A stretch of DNA of 29,153 bases from Candidatus Zhuqueibacterota bacterium (GTDB taxonomy: Bacteria; BS750m-G25). Under the pieces are notes generated by a model. That model had not been told where the DNA came from. It ran no database searches and saw only the letters and a list, made by a program, of their open reading frames with translations. Below are positions 18,524-27,560 of the stretch, piece after piece (positions within the stretch are counted from its first letter, which is position 1; each line of letters begins with the position of its first letter). The translations under genes and the position numbers were made by a program. The DNA is taken from positions 62,001 through 91,153 of the forward strand of contig JADHWK010000002.1 of NCBI GenBank assembly GCA_016783505.1. The letters are read 5' to 3'.

Positions 18524-18662
18524 AGTGTTTTTTCGCCACGGCGGACCTTCGGTCAGTGTTGAATTTCCAGATCTTAAGTCAATAATAATCCATTCTTGTA
18601 TACGAAAAACGCACCTGACAAGATGCGCACAATCTATGTAAATGGGGTTAAGGGAAATAACC

Positions 18663-19235
18663 CTAAGGTTTTTGGCCTTTCTCCTGCTCCCCCCCTAACT
18701 TCTTTATCTCATCCCTTAACTTCGCCGCCTTTTCGTAGTCTTCCTTCTCCACCGCCCTCTTTAAATCGAGCTTCAACTTCGTCAGTTTATCAATTCCCTC
18801 ATCAGGGATATGTTTAGCCGTCAACCCCACATCACCGGGAATGGAGGCCTTGCTCATCACATCATCGGCCACGAACACCGGGGCGTTGGTCCTCACGGCC
18901 AGGGCTATGGCATCGGAAGGACGGGCGTCAATGGAGGCCACTTTGTTCAAGTTGCGGAGGATAATCTTGGCAAAGAAGGTGTTATTCTTCAACTCATCAA
19001 CGATAATTTTGTCAATGGTATATCCCATTGAGATCAACAGGCTGAGGATAAGATCGTGGGTTAACGGGCGGGGGGGTTTGATCTTCTCCAGCCCTAAGGC
19101 AATGGATTGAGCCTCAAAGTCCCCCACGATAATGGGCAGGGATCGGTTGCCGTTTACTTCTTTTAAGATCACCCCATTATCGTGAAATTGGGTCATAAAC
19201 AAACCTTTAACTTCAACTCTTATCATTGTTTCCAT
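18663..19235 (-). CDS. Bifunctional nuclease family protein (DUF151) with C-terminal UVR motif
   Basis: LPIIVGDFEAQSIA, PRPLTHDL, IDARPSDAIALA, AVEKEDYEKAAKLRDEI. Start set at METMIR. Confidence 0.93.
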   Translation of the reverse strand: METMIRVEVKGLFMTQFHDNGVILKEVNGNRSLPIIVGDFEAQSIALGLEKIKPPRPLTHDLILSLLISMGYTIDKIIVDELKNNTFFAKIILRNLNKVASIDARPSDAIALAVRTNAPVFVADDVMSKASIPGDVGLTAKHIPDEGIDKLTKLKLDLKRAVEKEDYEKAAKLRDEIKKLGGEQEKGQKP

Positions 19236-19317
19236 TTCAGCCCTTTGTCCACCAATACAATAACAAATCCAATCAACACAATAACTCCAAATCCTAAGAA
19301 AACTGAAGTTAAAGCAT

Positions 19318-20292
19318 TCATTGCTGTACATCCTTTAATGCTTTAGTCAATTCGGGCACAACCTGGAACAGGTCTCCCACGATACCGTAGTCGGCCACCT
19401 TGAAGATGGGGGCATCCTGGTCTTTATTGATGGCCACGATGACCTTAGAGGATTTCATCCCCGCCAGGTGTTGGATGGCCCCGGAAATGCCGCAGGCGAT
19501 GTATAGATTGGGCACCACCACCTTTCCGGTCTGACCCACCTGGTCATCGTGGGTCCGCCAATCGGCGTCTACTGCCGCCCGGGAGGCGCCCACTACCCCC
19601 CCCAGGGCATCGGCCAGCTCTTCGAGAATGCCGAAGTTTTCCGGACCTTTCAACCCCCGACCGCCGGAAACGATGATGTCGGCCTCGGTGAGATCAACCT
19701 TAGCCCCAGCCTTTGCCTTCATTTCAACAACCCGGGCCCGAACTACCCCTTGAAGATCTACGGCGACCTTATTGATGGGGACGGCCTTTCCATCCATTTT
19801 GTCGGGAGGGGGAAACATCTTGGGCCGGAGGGTGATTATCTTTATCTTTGAATTTAGTTGGATGGTTGCGGTTACCTTTCCGGCGTAAACAGGGCGTTTG
19901 ATTACCACCTTACCGTTTTCCGTTCCTATCCCGATACAGTCCTGAACGACGCTGGCCCCCACCCGGGCAGCCACCCGGGCAGCCAGGTCCCGGCCCATAG
20001 CGGTGGCCGCCAGTAGTACTACTTCCGGGGCCTTTTCCTCGATGATCCGGGCCAGGGCTTGGGTATATCCCTCGGTGGAATAGGCTCCCAATTCATCGGA
20101 TTCGGCAACCAGAACCTCATCGGCCCCATAATCCCCCAAGGAACCAGCGTAGGCTTCTACTCCGGAACCGACCACCGCTGCCGCCAGGGGAACCCCCAAA
20201 CTATCGGCTAACCCCTTGCCCGCTCCGAGGGCCTCATAAGCTACCCCACGAAAGTCTCCGTTTCTTCGCTCAGCAAAAACCAAAACCGCCAT
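19318..20292 (-). CDS. etfA: Electron transfer flavoprotein alpha subunit
   Basis: [51 protein letters not shown]. Confidence 0.98.
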   Translation of the reverse strand: MAVLVFAERRNGDFRGVAYEALGAGKGLADSLGVPLAAAVVGSGVEAYAGSLGDYGADEVLVAESDELGAYSTEGYTQALARIIEEKAPEVVLLAATAMGRDLAARVAARVGASVVQDCIGIGTENGKVVIKRPVYAGKVTATIQLNSKIKIITLRPKMFPPPDKMDGKAVPINKVAVDLQGVVRARVVEMKAKAGAKVDLTEADIIVSGGRGLKGPENFGILEELADALGGVVGASRAAVDADWRTHDDQVGQTGKVVVPNLYIACGISGAIQHLAGMKSSKVIVAINKDQDAPIFKVADYGIVGDLFQVVPELTKALKDVQQ

Positions 20293-20302
20293 TTTAAATT
20301 TC

Positions 20303-20353
20303 CTAAATCACATTCACCTCTTCATTCAGCAACCTTACCAACGAGGGCACCTC
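20303..20353 (-). pseudogene. etfB 3' tail remnant (copy 1)
   Basis: Manual translation EVPSLVRLLNEEVNVI*; stop 10 bp before the etfA ATG; resembles the EtfB C-terminus (LV.LL.EEAKVI). Confidence 0.7.
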
Positions 20354-20529
20354 TAACGTTAGTGAAAAATGGATTTAAACTAAAAACAATTTTGAAAACG
20401 AACCCAAGTCAAAAGACCGAAAACAGCGAAGTAACCTACCGTTGGCAGAATTTAAAATTGAAATTGATGGTGAAAGGTCGCAGCCAGTGCATTGAGAGTT
20501 TCGGCAGCCATTTTGTATTATTATTGTAA
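20351..20529 (-). other. Degenerate attC-like site at the island boundary
   Basis: TTACAAT...AAAATGG ... CCATTTT-TCACTAAC-GTTAGAG; arms weak; coincides with the GC step. Confidence 0.45.
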
Positions 20530-20592
20530 AAAAATATTCAATAAATTTAAAATTGTTAATTTAGCGAATAGTAATAACTAAAATAGATATTT

Positions 20593-23500
20593 TCATAATA
20601 CATCTTCCAAATTTATTGCTTTGAAATTTTTAGTATCTTCGGATGCAATCTCTGATAATTTTTGTCGAAATAGATCAAAAAAATCGAAATTACAAGTAGT
20701 AATAATAATTTGTTTTCTGGCTCGAGAAAGACCTATAATAATGTCAACAAAAGATAATGTATTCATTTCATCCATTTGTTGTACGGGATCATCAATTAGA
20801 ATGGTTTGAAGAATTGATATGTTTTGATATATTACTCTGGTTAAAAATATTGATAAGGCTAGAATATTTAACTGTGCTTCACTCAAATAAGAAGAAGGTG
20901 TATACTCAATTTCACCAAAATAATTCTTAAGTAATATATATAAACTTCTTTTTCTTTGATCCTTAGACATTATTGGTTTCAATTGAACTTCATTAAAATA
21001 TTCATGTCGGATAAATTTTTTATATATTTCATTGATTAAAGGGCTATATTGGACTAAGCTTTTTTTAAATGCAGAATAGGATACAGACGATAACTCTTTA
21101 TTTAACTTTCTGAGATTATTATAACAAATTTCCCATCTTTTCTTCTCGTAACTATATTTTTCTATTCTGTTTCGAATATTCTCTGATTCTTCTTTTGTTC
21201 TAATCAGCCCAAAGAGATTGTTCAGATCTTTTATTTTTGAAATTAATTTATAATATTTTTCTTGATCATATACATCTATTTTTAAAGGATCAATACCATC
21301 CTTAATAGAATATTTATCTGAAAGATTATATCTCTGTATTAAAGATTCCATCTCTACTAGATCTTTCTCAATTTCATCAATCCTTTGTTGTAAGATAACC
21401 TTATATTTTAGTTGTTCTTCTAGTTCTTCTAATTCATCTTTATATTCTTTTAGATCAGTCTCTATTTGGTTTATTTCATTATCAATATTATCAATATTTA
21501 AAATTTTATCTTCAGGAATAACCTTAATTATTTCTTCTATTATATTTGATATTGTATCTCTAGTTTCTTTGTGTTTATTTTTGTAATATTCATAATTTAG
21601 ATAATGAATTTTATCAACTATTAATTCTGTTTCATTTCTAATAGATTCGACATCATATTTTTTTATTTCATTTTTTAATTCTAGTAATTGGGAATTAGAT
21701 TTATCAAGCAGTGTTTTTATTTCTTCCTCGGTAATTGATTTCTTTTTACAAACTTTATTTAACAGTTCTTCAAATTCAATTATATCATTTTTCATATCAG
21801 AATTTTCTTTTTCTAATTTTTCCCTTTCCTCTTTTTTGCGCTGAATTATATTTTTTTCTTCTTCTATTGCTAATTTTTTATATTTTTTGTTTATATTAAA
21901 GATAAAATCTTTTAGTTCTTCTCTATATTTTCCATCAGTAATTTGTTTAATTATGTTCTCATTTAACTCATTTTTATCACTATAAGAATTCCCACAACAT
22001 GGACATACAAATTTATCCATTACGTTAAAGTAATCTGTTTTATTTATAATATTTTTTATAACATCAATATCATTATAATCTATGTCCTCAGATTGAATCA
22101 AACCTTTAATTTCATTCTCATGACGATCTAAATAAAAGTCGATTTCCGAAATTATTTTACTATTTTTACTCAATAGTATTTTTTTTACTTCAATTTCTTT
22201 CAGCCTCTTTTTGATATATAGGAAATTCTCTATATTAGCTACTAAATCATTAATTTTCCTACTTAAATCAATTTTACTTTTTTTAAATTCAATCAATTTT
22301 TCCTCGAGTAGTTCTTTCTTTTTAAGTAAGGCTTCATTCTCTTTTCTTTTTATTTCAATTTTTTCTCTTAAATCTTTTTCTTTTGAATATAAGTCTTTAA
22401 ACTCATTAAACCTTGTCTTGAAATCATTCAATATTCTATTATTTTCATTTAGTTCTTTCATTTTACCATTTAATACTTCAATTTTATATTTATTATGCTC
22501 AATAGTTCTAATCTCATTTTTTATGCTACTTTGAACGTTTTCTATATAATAAAGAAAATTATCTGCTTCAATATTAATATTTAGACTACTTAATATGCTA
22601 CTTATTTTTATGTATAATTGATTCAATTTATTAATTGCTCCTTCATGTGTCTTTTTCTTTTCTAATTCATTATTCAATATTTTCATTAAAAGATCACAAG
22701 AAATCATATAGTTATCAATAGGTAATTGACAATCCGTTATACTCTCATCTAACTTTATTCTAATTTCATTTTTTAATTTATCTATCAATTTTTTATATGC
22801 TATAATACCGTATTCTTGGTCTATCTTATGACCTTTTTTTTCAATCTCGGATCTAGTTCTTGGTCCATATTTATGACTAATACTCCTAATATTAGATTTA
22901 TATTCTTTTATCAAATCATCTAAGAGATTAATTTTTATATGTTTAATTTCTGAATATACTCTTGTCAATCGACGTTTTAAAGCTTCAATTTTTCCAAAAC
23001 CAAACATTTCGGAAATTAAATCATATCTGTTTTTTCTTATCTCGTTTTCATCACTTGTATTAACACCATATATAAAATGTCTAATAGAATGTTGCCCAAG
23101 GAAGTGTGTATGTAATAGTATATCCAAATATTCTTTCTTTTTTATTAATTCCTTATTATCAGTTAAGAAAGTTATAATATCCTCATTTTTAACTTGTTTG
23201 TTGTTTAAGAATAAAATGCATTTATTTTTTTGTATTTTTGTTTCAATTTTAAATATATCATTCTTTGATATCCCTGTTATGTCTATTAGTGCTTCATCTT
23301 CCATTGATTCACAATTTATTAAGGCAGAGTATTTTTTCTTAGTTTTTGGTTCCATGTCTGGATCATATTCCAGTCGGTTTATTTTATTAAATATTGAGAA
23401 TTCAACAGCATCAACTATTGAAGTTTTACCTCTTCCATTTTTACCATAAATCACTACTACATCACTATCTAAATCTAATTTTATACTTTTAAAGCATCGA

Positions 23501-24168
23501 AAATTTTTTAACTCTAAAGATTTTATTCTGCTTATTTCTACAGACAGTTCTTCTTTTATAGGTGATACTAATTTTTTTTGCTTTTGCAATTTATTTTTAA
23601 AGTCTTCAGAAAATAACCAGCTATATTTTTCACTTTTTTCTATCTCCTTAACGATTGCCGGAGCTTTTTTTGAAATTAATAAGCTTCTAAGATCTCTATC
23701 AGATATAGTATCCTCTATTAAAGGGATATATTCTCTAAGAACTTTATTTTTATCTGAAATCCAGACTGGTATTCTGTTAGCTAACGACTTTTCAATAATT
23801 TTTTTATTATACTTGTCAGGTAATTCAATAAATACTTTTCTGAAAAAATACTCATTACTTTCAGCCAGAGATAATTCTTCAAATAAATCATTTTCCCGCA
23901 CAACTTTTTCGGGAATTACATAGATAAGATATTGATTTATTTTATTTTTTTCCTTCAGATATAGTTCCCTTTGTAATCCAATCCACGATTTGATAAGTTC
24001 AATATTGTCTGTTATTTGGCAATATAATGAGCTGAATAAATTTTCAGCTTTGAACAGTATATGATCGCTCTCTTCTTCCATTCTATACAGATTATACCCA
24101 AATCTTTTATCACGGCGGATGAAGTCTTCTGCTATATCACCAATTTTAGATAAATTGAAAGCATTCAT
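20593..24168 (-). CDS. Rad50/SbcC-like SMC ABC ATPase with extra ~200-aa N-terminal region
   Basis: LELKNFRCF, Walker A GKNGRGKTS, Q-loop HFLGQ, long coiled coils, Zn-hook CPCC, signature LSEAQ, Walker B/D-loop ILIDDPVQQMD. Confidence 0.9.
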   Translation of the reverse strand: MNAFNLSKIGDIAEDFIRRDKRFGYNLYRMEEESDHILFKAENLFSSLYCQITDNIELIKSWIGLQRELYLKEKNKINQYLIYVIPEKVVRENDLFEELSLAESNEYFFRKVFIELPDKYNKKIIEKSLANRIPVWISDKNKVLREYIPLIEDTISDRDLRSLLISKKAPAIVKEIEKSEKYSWLFSEDFKNKLQKQKKLVSPIKEELSVEISRIKSLELKNFRCFKSIKLDLDSDVVVIYGKNGRGKTSIVDAVEFSIFNKINRLEYDPDMEPKTKKKYSALINCESMEDEALIDITGISKNDIFKIETKIQKNKCILFLNNKQVKNEDIITFLTDNKELIKKKEYLDILLHTHFLGQHSIRHFIYGVNTSDENEIRKNRYDLISEMFGFGKIEALKRRLTRVYSEIKHIKINLLDDLIKEYKSNIRSISHKYGPRTRSEIEKKGHKIDQEYGIIAYKKLIDKLKNEIRIKLDESITDCQLPIDNYMISCDLLMKILNNELEKKKTHEGAINKLNQLYIKISSILSSLNINIEADNFLYYIENVQSSIKNEIRTIEHNKYKIEVLNGKMKELNENNRILNDFKTRFNEFKDLYSKEKDLREKIEIKRKENEALLKKKELLEEKLIEFKKSKIDLSRKINDLVANIENFLYIKKRLKEIEVKKILLSKNSKIISEIDFYLDRHENEIKGLIQSEDIDYNDIDVIKNIINKTDYFNVMDKFVCPCCGNSYSDKNELNENIIKQITDGKYREELKDFIFNINKKYKKLAIEEEKNIIQRKKEEREKLEKENSDMKNDIIEFEELLNKVCKKKSITEEEIKTLLDKSNSQLLELKNEIKKYDVESIRNETELIVDKIHYLNYEYYKNKHKETRDTISNIIEEIIKVIPEDKILNIDNIDNEINQIETDLKEYKDELEELEEQLKYKVILQQRIDEIEKDLVEMESLIQRYNLSDKYSIKDGIDPLKIDVYDQEKYYKLISKIKDLNNLFGLIRTKEESENIRNRIEKYSYEKKRWEICYNNLRKLNKELSSVSYSAFKKSLVQYSPLINEIYKKFIRHEYFNEVQLKPIMSKDQRKRSLYILLKNYFGEIEYTPSSYLSEAQLNILALSIFLTRVIYQNISILQTILIDDPVQQMDEMNTLSFVDIIIGLSRARKQIIITTCNFDFFDLFRQKLSEIASEDTKNFKAINLEDVL

Positions 24169-25933
24169 TTAATGTCTCCTTTATATTATCAACTTTTTTA
24201 TAGCTTTGGCGTGCATTTAATTTATTAATTAGATAGCAAAGAGTTAAAACATATGGATATTTAGGCTTTGTTATTTTATTATAACTGTCGGGTCTTTTCA
24301 TTGTCTTGACAATTTTATTAAGGTTTAAAAGTTCATTAAATCTTTTAGGTTCACCGTTCCAATCCAAATATAAAGGACCTAATCTCTGTAATAGAACTAT
24401 TTGCATATCTCTATACTGAGAAAGTAATAATTCACCTTTTTCTTGTCTAAATTGTAAGTCTTGCATATTATCACAATCAATTATAGAAATAAAAATATCA
24501 TCGCTCTTAATCTTATTTTCTTCAATTTCAATACCTTCATAATTTGTATTAAGCATAGCAAGTGAAACAAAAAAATATTTAAAAGTTCCTTTGTCTTCGT
24601 CCCATAAGTCGCAATTAATAGCTCTTTTGTTTTCTTCTCGAATAAATAATAGGGTTCTAATGACTTCACATGGTCTTTGCATAAATAAATTACAAAACAT
24701 ATTTTCATACATTTCTATATTGCTGAAATATTGCCTTAAGAGATATTTAGAAAATAATGTTTCTATAAAGTCAGAAAAATCATCCAATAAAATTTCTTTA
24801 AATTCATATATTTCTGGAATTTGTTTTATTTCTGTTAATTCAAAATTAGTATTAATCTTTTCTAAACCAGGTTCCTCTATGGGAATTACGTTTTCATCTT
24901 GAAATCGAAATGTTGTATCGTTCATGTTTAAAATAAATGATATCACGCCCGGATATCTTAGTCTCCAAAGTATATACTGAAGGCTGTCTTGTTCTCCAGC
25001 TTCTTTTTTGAATGACTTCCAAGCAAACAAATTCTCTGCTCTCATATCCTTTAATGTTTCAGGAAATCTACCTCTATTCATTACTGCGACATTTGAATTC
25101 CTAAAGTGTTTTACATCTTCTGTATCTACACTGTTTATAGAGCACACCATTGTTTTTGTAGTATCAATTGTATGACTCTTGAAGTAGAGACTTTTTATTA
25201 TTTTAGTGTAGTGATTTCCAATTGGATGTTTATTGTTTTGAATTAAAAACATGAGATCAATTTTCTCATGTCTTGGATTTTTATAAAAATAGTCTAAATC
25301 TTTAAACAAAGTATATATTATAGGCAGTTTACCTCTTTCAAGTATGAAATCTGAACAGATTAAAATCAGTATAGTATATACGCCTAGGTTGAAAATATAT
25401 ATTATTTTGGAAATGAATTGTTGTGTTGTTTCATAACGACTTTTGCTTAATTTTGGTTGGTAATAAATATAATTTTTCCCATTTTTGTCTTTAATCAGAA
25501 TCGCTGCAGTATTGACAAATTTAATATTTCTTCCAAAATCTACTTCGTTAAAATCATCTTTACTATTTGAATTTGAAATTAATTCTAAAAATTGGTTTTT
25601 AGTTATTTGTTCTAAGCCAAAAATAATTATGGTATTTGTATTTATTTCTCCATTTTTTAATTTCACAATCATTAATTCAGCTGCTTCCATACTTACTGAA
25701 AGTTCTGGAAATACTATAAAATTTGGATTACCTTCTGAAAATATATTATTATTATATTTATTTAGTACATTTTCAACTATGTGAATATTATTTTGTTTTT
25801 CCTCTTCCTTAATTTTATAAATTCCATCTTTTTGACATTGTTCTGGCATTTGTACTTTTACAATGCCAATTCGGTTTCTATTAAAATATTCAATATTTGG
25901 TATTTTGATGTCTTTTATCTTAAATTCATTCAT
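24146..25933 (-). CDS. Carbon-nitrogen hydrolase (nitrilase-fold) domain fused to an unknown C-terminal region
   Basis: FIVFPE77LSV, VNTAAI, QPK161LS..E168, LIC193SDF: Glu-Lys-Cys triad in canonical contexts; overlaps the SMC gene by 23 bp. Confidence 0.8.
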   Translation of the reverse strand: MNEFKIKDIKIPNIEYFNRNRIGIVKVQMPEQCQKDGIYKIKEEEKQNNIHIVENVLNKYNNNIFSEGNPNFIVFPELSVSMEAAELMIVKLKNGEINTNTIIIFGLEQITKNQFLELISNSNSKDDFNEVDFGRNIKFVNTAAILIKDKNGKNYIYYQPKLSKSRYETTQQFISKIIYIFNLGVYTILILICSDFILERGKLPIIYTLFKDLDYFYKNPRHEKIDLMFLIQNNKHPIGNHYTKIIKSLYFKSHTIDTTKTMVCSINSVDTEDVKHFRNSNVAVMNRGRFPETLKDMRAENLFAWKSFKKEAGEQDSLQYILWRLRYPGVISFILNMNDTTFRFQDENVIPIEEPGLEKINTNFELTEIKQIPEIYEFKEILLDDFSDFIETLFSKYLLRQYFSNIEMYENMFCNLFMQRPCEVIRTLLFIREENKRAINCDLWDEDKGTFKYFFVSLAMLNTNYEGIEIEENKIKSDDIFISIIDCDNMQDLQFRQEKGELLLSQYRDMQIVLLQRLGPLYLDWNGEPKRFNELLNLNKIVKTMKRPDSYNKITKPKYPYVLTLCYLINKLNARQSYKKVDNIKETLNECFQFI

Positions 25934-25988
25934 AATATTTCTTCAATAATTGTTATTCATAAAATCTATTGTTTAATATTAGAAGGCT

Positions 25989-26122
25989 ACCTAACATTAA
26001 GGATTTTATCCGTAGTTGAGCTAAAAAAATAATACTCTAAAGTTACTCAAGATCAGTATTTTTAAAAATCTCCACAAAACTTCATTCTGTCACGCTCAAT
26101 TGCGGATAAAATCCAGTTGAAT
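25989..26122 (-). other. Integron attC site
   Basis: R'' ATTCAAC and R' GTTAGGT (both consensus); arms GGATTTTATCCG..TTGAGC / GCTCAA..CGGATAAAATCC; 134 bp. Confidence 0.8.
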
Positions 26123-26271
26123 GGAGCCGCATACATGGTAATGCTATGGGGATTTAATCCGAGGTTCTCTGTTTATTATAATCGTTAATATCCAAAAAAA
26201 TCGGTAAGGCTCCATATTTACAATTGCAACCGACAACTGTCATTATATCCAATAAAGCAAAAGTATAAAAG

Positions 26272-26331
26272 TTAAATCACCTTCGCCTCTTCCTTCAACA
26301 ACCTCACTACACGTTGCACTTCCCCTCCCAT
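26272..26331 (-). pseudogene. etfB 3' tail remnant (copy 2)
   Basis: Manual translation MGGEVQRVVRLLKEEAKVI*; GC-richer patch similar to 20303-20341. Confidence 0.7.
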
Positions 26332-26347
26332 CACACCTTTTCCGTAA

Positions 26348-26436
26348 GAATAACGAAAAGCTTAGCTGCCGCCGAGCGAAGCGAGAGAACCGAAACGCGT
26401 AGCGTTTCGGGGGTCAGCTGCAGTGCATTGTTCGAT
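26348..26436 (-). other. Integron attC site
   Basis: ATCGAAC-AATGCACTGCAGCTGAC...GGCAGCTAAGCTTTTC-GTTATTC, starting 1 bp after the GIY-YIG stop; internal hairpin CCGAAACGC/GCGTTTCGG; 89 bp. Confidence 0.85.
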
Positions 26437-26437
26437 T

Positions 26438-26809
26438 TTAGCTTGTTGGGGTGCTTGGTAGATTCACCAGAATAGATGTTCCTCCGGGATCAACTTTATT
26501 ACATTCAGTACTGTAATGATCATATAGATATTTTTCGATTCCATCACGATCGGACTGTTTACCAACCTTTGCATAATGAAATCCTGAGGTGTATTTCACA
26601 TTTTCTTTTATGCAATTATTTTTTTCCTCATCACTCAAGTGCTCCAATAATCGATTCTCAAGATTTGAGGCCTGTCCTATATAGAAGGCTTCCCATCGGT
26701 CACTCTTATATTTTACCCATAAAAGATAAACACCAGCTGACGTCGGTACGTATTTCTTTACTTCGCTCTCATTGTATGGGGTATGAAATGACGACCATTC
26801 TATGTTCAT
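26438..26809 (-). CDS. Stand-alone GIY-YIG nuclease (gene cassette)
   Basis: AGVYLLW...FYIGQASNLENRLLEH...E...CN; AGGAGG RBS; attC on both sides. Confidence 0.88.
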   Translation of the reverse strand: MNIEWSSFHTPYNESEVKKYVPTSAGVYLLWVKYKSDRWEAFYIGQASNLENRLLEHLSDEEKNNCIKENVKYTSGFHYAKVGKQSDRDGIEKYLYDHYSTECNKVDPGGTSILVNLPSTPTS

Positions 26810-26822
26810 TTTTCCTCCTTTC

Positions 26823-26956
26823 TATTAACGGATATGGCATCACCTGCCCAAAGGCTAGGAAGCACCTAACCTACTGATAGGATACTCTGAACTTGGATTT
26901 TAAAATGGTTGGATTTGCACAGAGCCCTTTTGGTCAGGTGAATGCTATGGTTAGCT
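26823..26956 (-). other. Integron attC site
   Basis: AGCTAAC-CATA-GCATTCACCTGACCAAA...TTTGGGCAGGTGATGC-CATATCC-GTTAATA with one unpaired base in the L box; 134 bp. Confidence 0.85.
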
Positions 26957-27008
26957 GCTTATTGTTATTAAAGGAATTAACTTTATCAGATGTAATATAA
27001 AAATAATT

Positions 27009-27545
27009 TTAATTCCCCAATAAAATTTGACTCGAACGTAGATGTAGTAATTCTAAAATATTATCATTCAATATTAAGTCTGTTTTTTTTCTACCTGAAT
27101 GATAGCCTTCAATTGTTGAAGATGGTTGATTTGATAATATTTTTTCTTTCTGACCGTAATTACCAGTCTTTGGATCTCCCCAAATTCTAAAAAATCCTTT
27201 TACTTGATAACTGGAAAATTTTAAACCTTCTAATCCTATATATATATCACCACCATATTGATTGATTGGTACAGTTCTCAGGCTATAATAAGTTGAATAC
27301 GGTAAAAAGAATAAGTGATTATTTATTAAAACATAATATTGATAATCTTCACTATCGAACAAATTCGAAAATTTATCTTTTTTAGGTAAAATCCCATTGC
27401 ATTCATAATTTAATTTTTTATATGTAAATTGTAGCTCAACAATAAAAGGACAAATTACATTTGGAATAGAAGTAATAAAAATATGATCACCAGTTGAAAT
27501 ATTAAATTTGAATTGAGAGCTACGAACAAAACCAGAAGGCGGCAT
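27009..27545 (-). CDS. Hypothetical protein
   Basis: 178-aa ORF, AAGGAG RBS, last gene of a tight three-gene run before an attC. Confidence 0.7.
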   Translation of the reverse strand: MPPSGFVRSSQFKFNISTGDHIFITSIPNVICPFIVELQFTYKKLNYECNGILPKKDKFSNLFDSEDYQYYVLINNHLFFLPYSTYYSLRTVPINQYGGDIYIGLEGLKFSSYQVKGFFRIWGDPKTGNYGQKEKILSNQPSSTIEGYHSGRKKTDLILNDNILELLHLRSSQILLGN

Positions 27546-27560
27546 TTTTACACTCCTTTT

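Noticed and set aside
19236-19331. Cys/Trp-rich N-terminal extension of the DUF151 ORF
   Set aside because: Overlaps the etfA stop and intergenic DNA; family similarity begins at MIRVEV
20593-24168. Housekeeping sbcC, recN or smc
   Set aside because: No sbcD or scpAB neighbour, extra N-terminal domain, foreign composition and cassette context
24146-25933. DRT1-type RT-nitrilase, or NAD synthetase glutaminase domain
   Set aside because: No YxDD reverse-transcriptase motif and no SGGxDS synthetase motif in the protein or its neighbours
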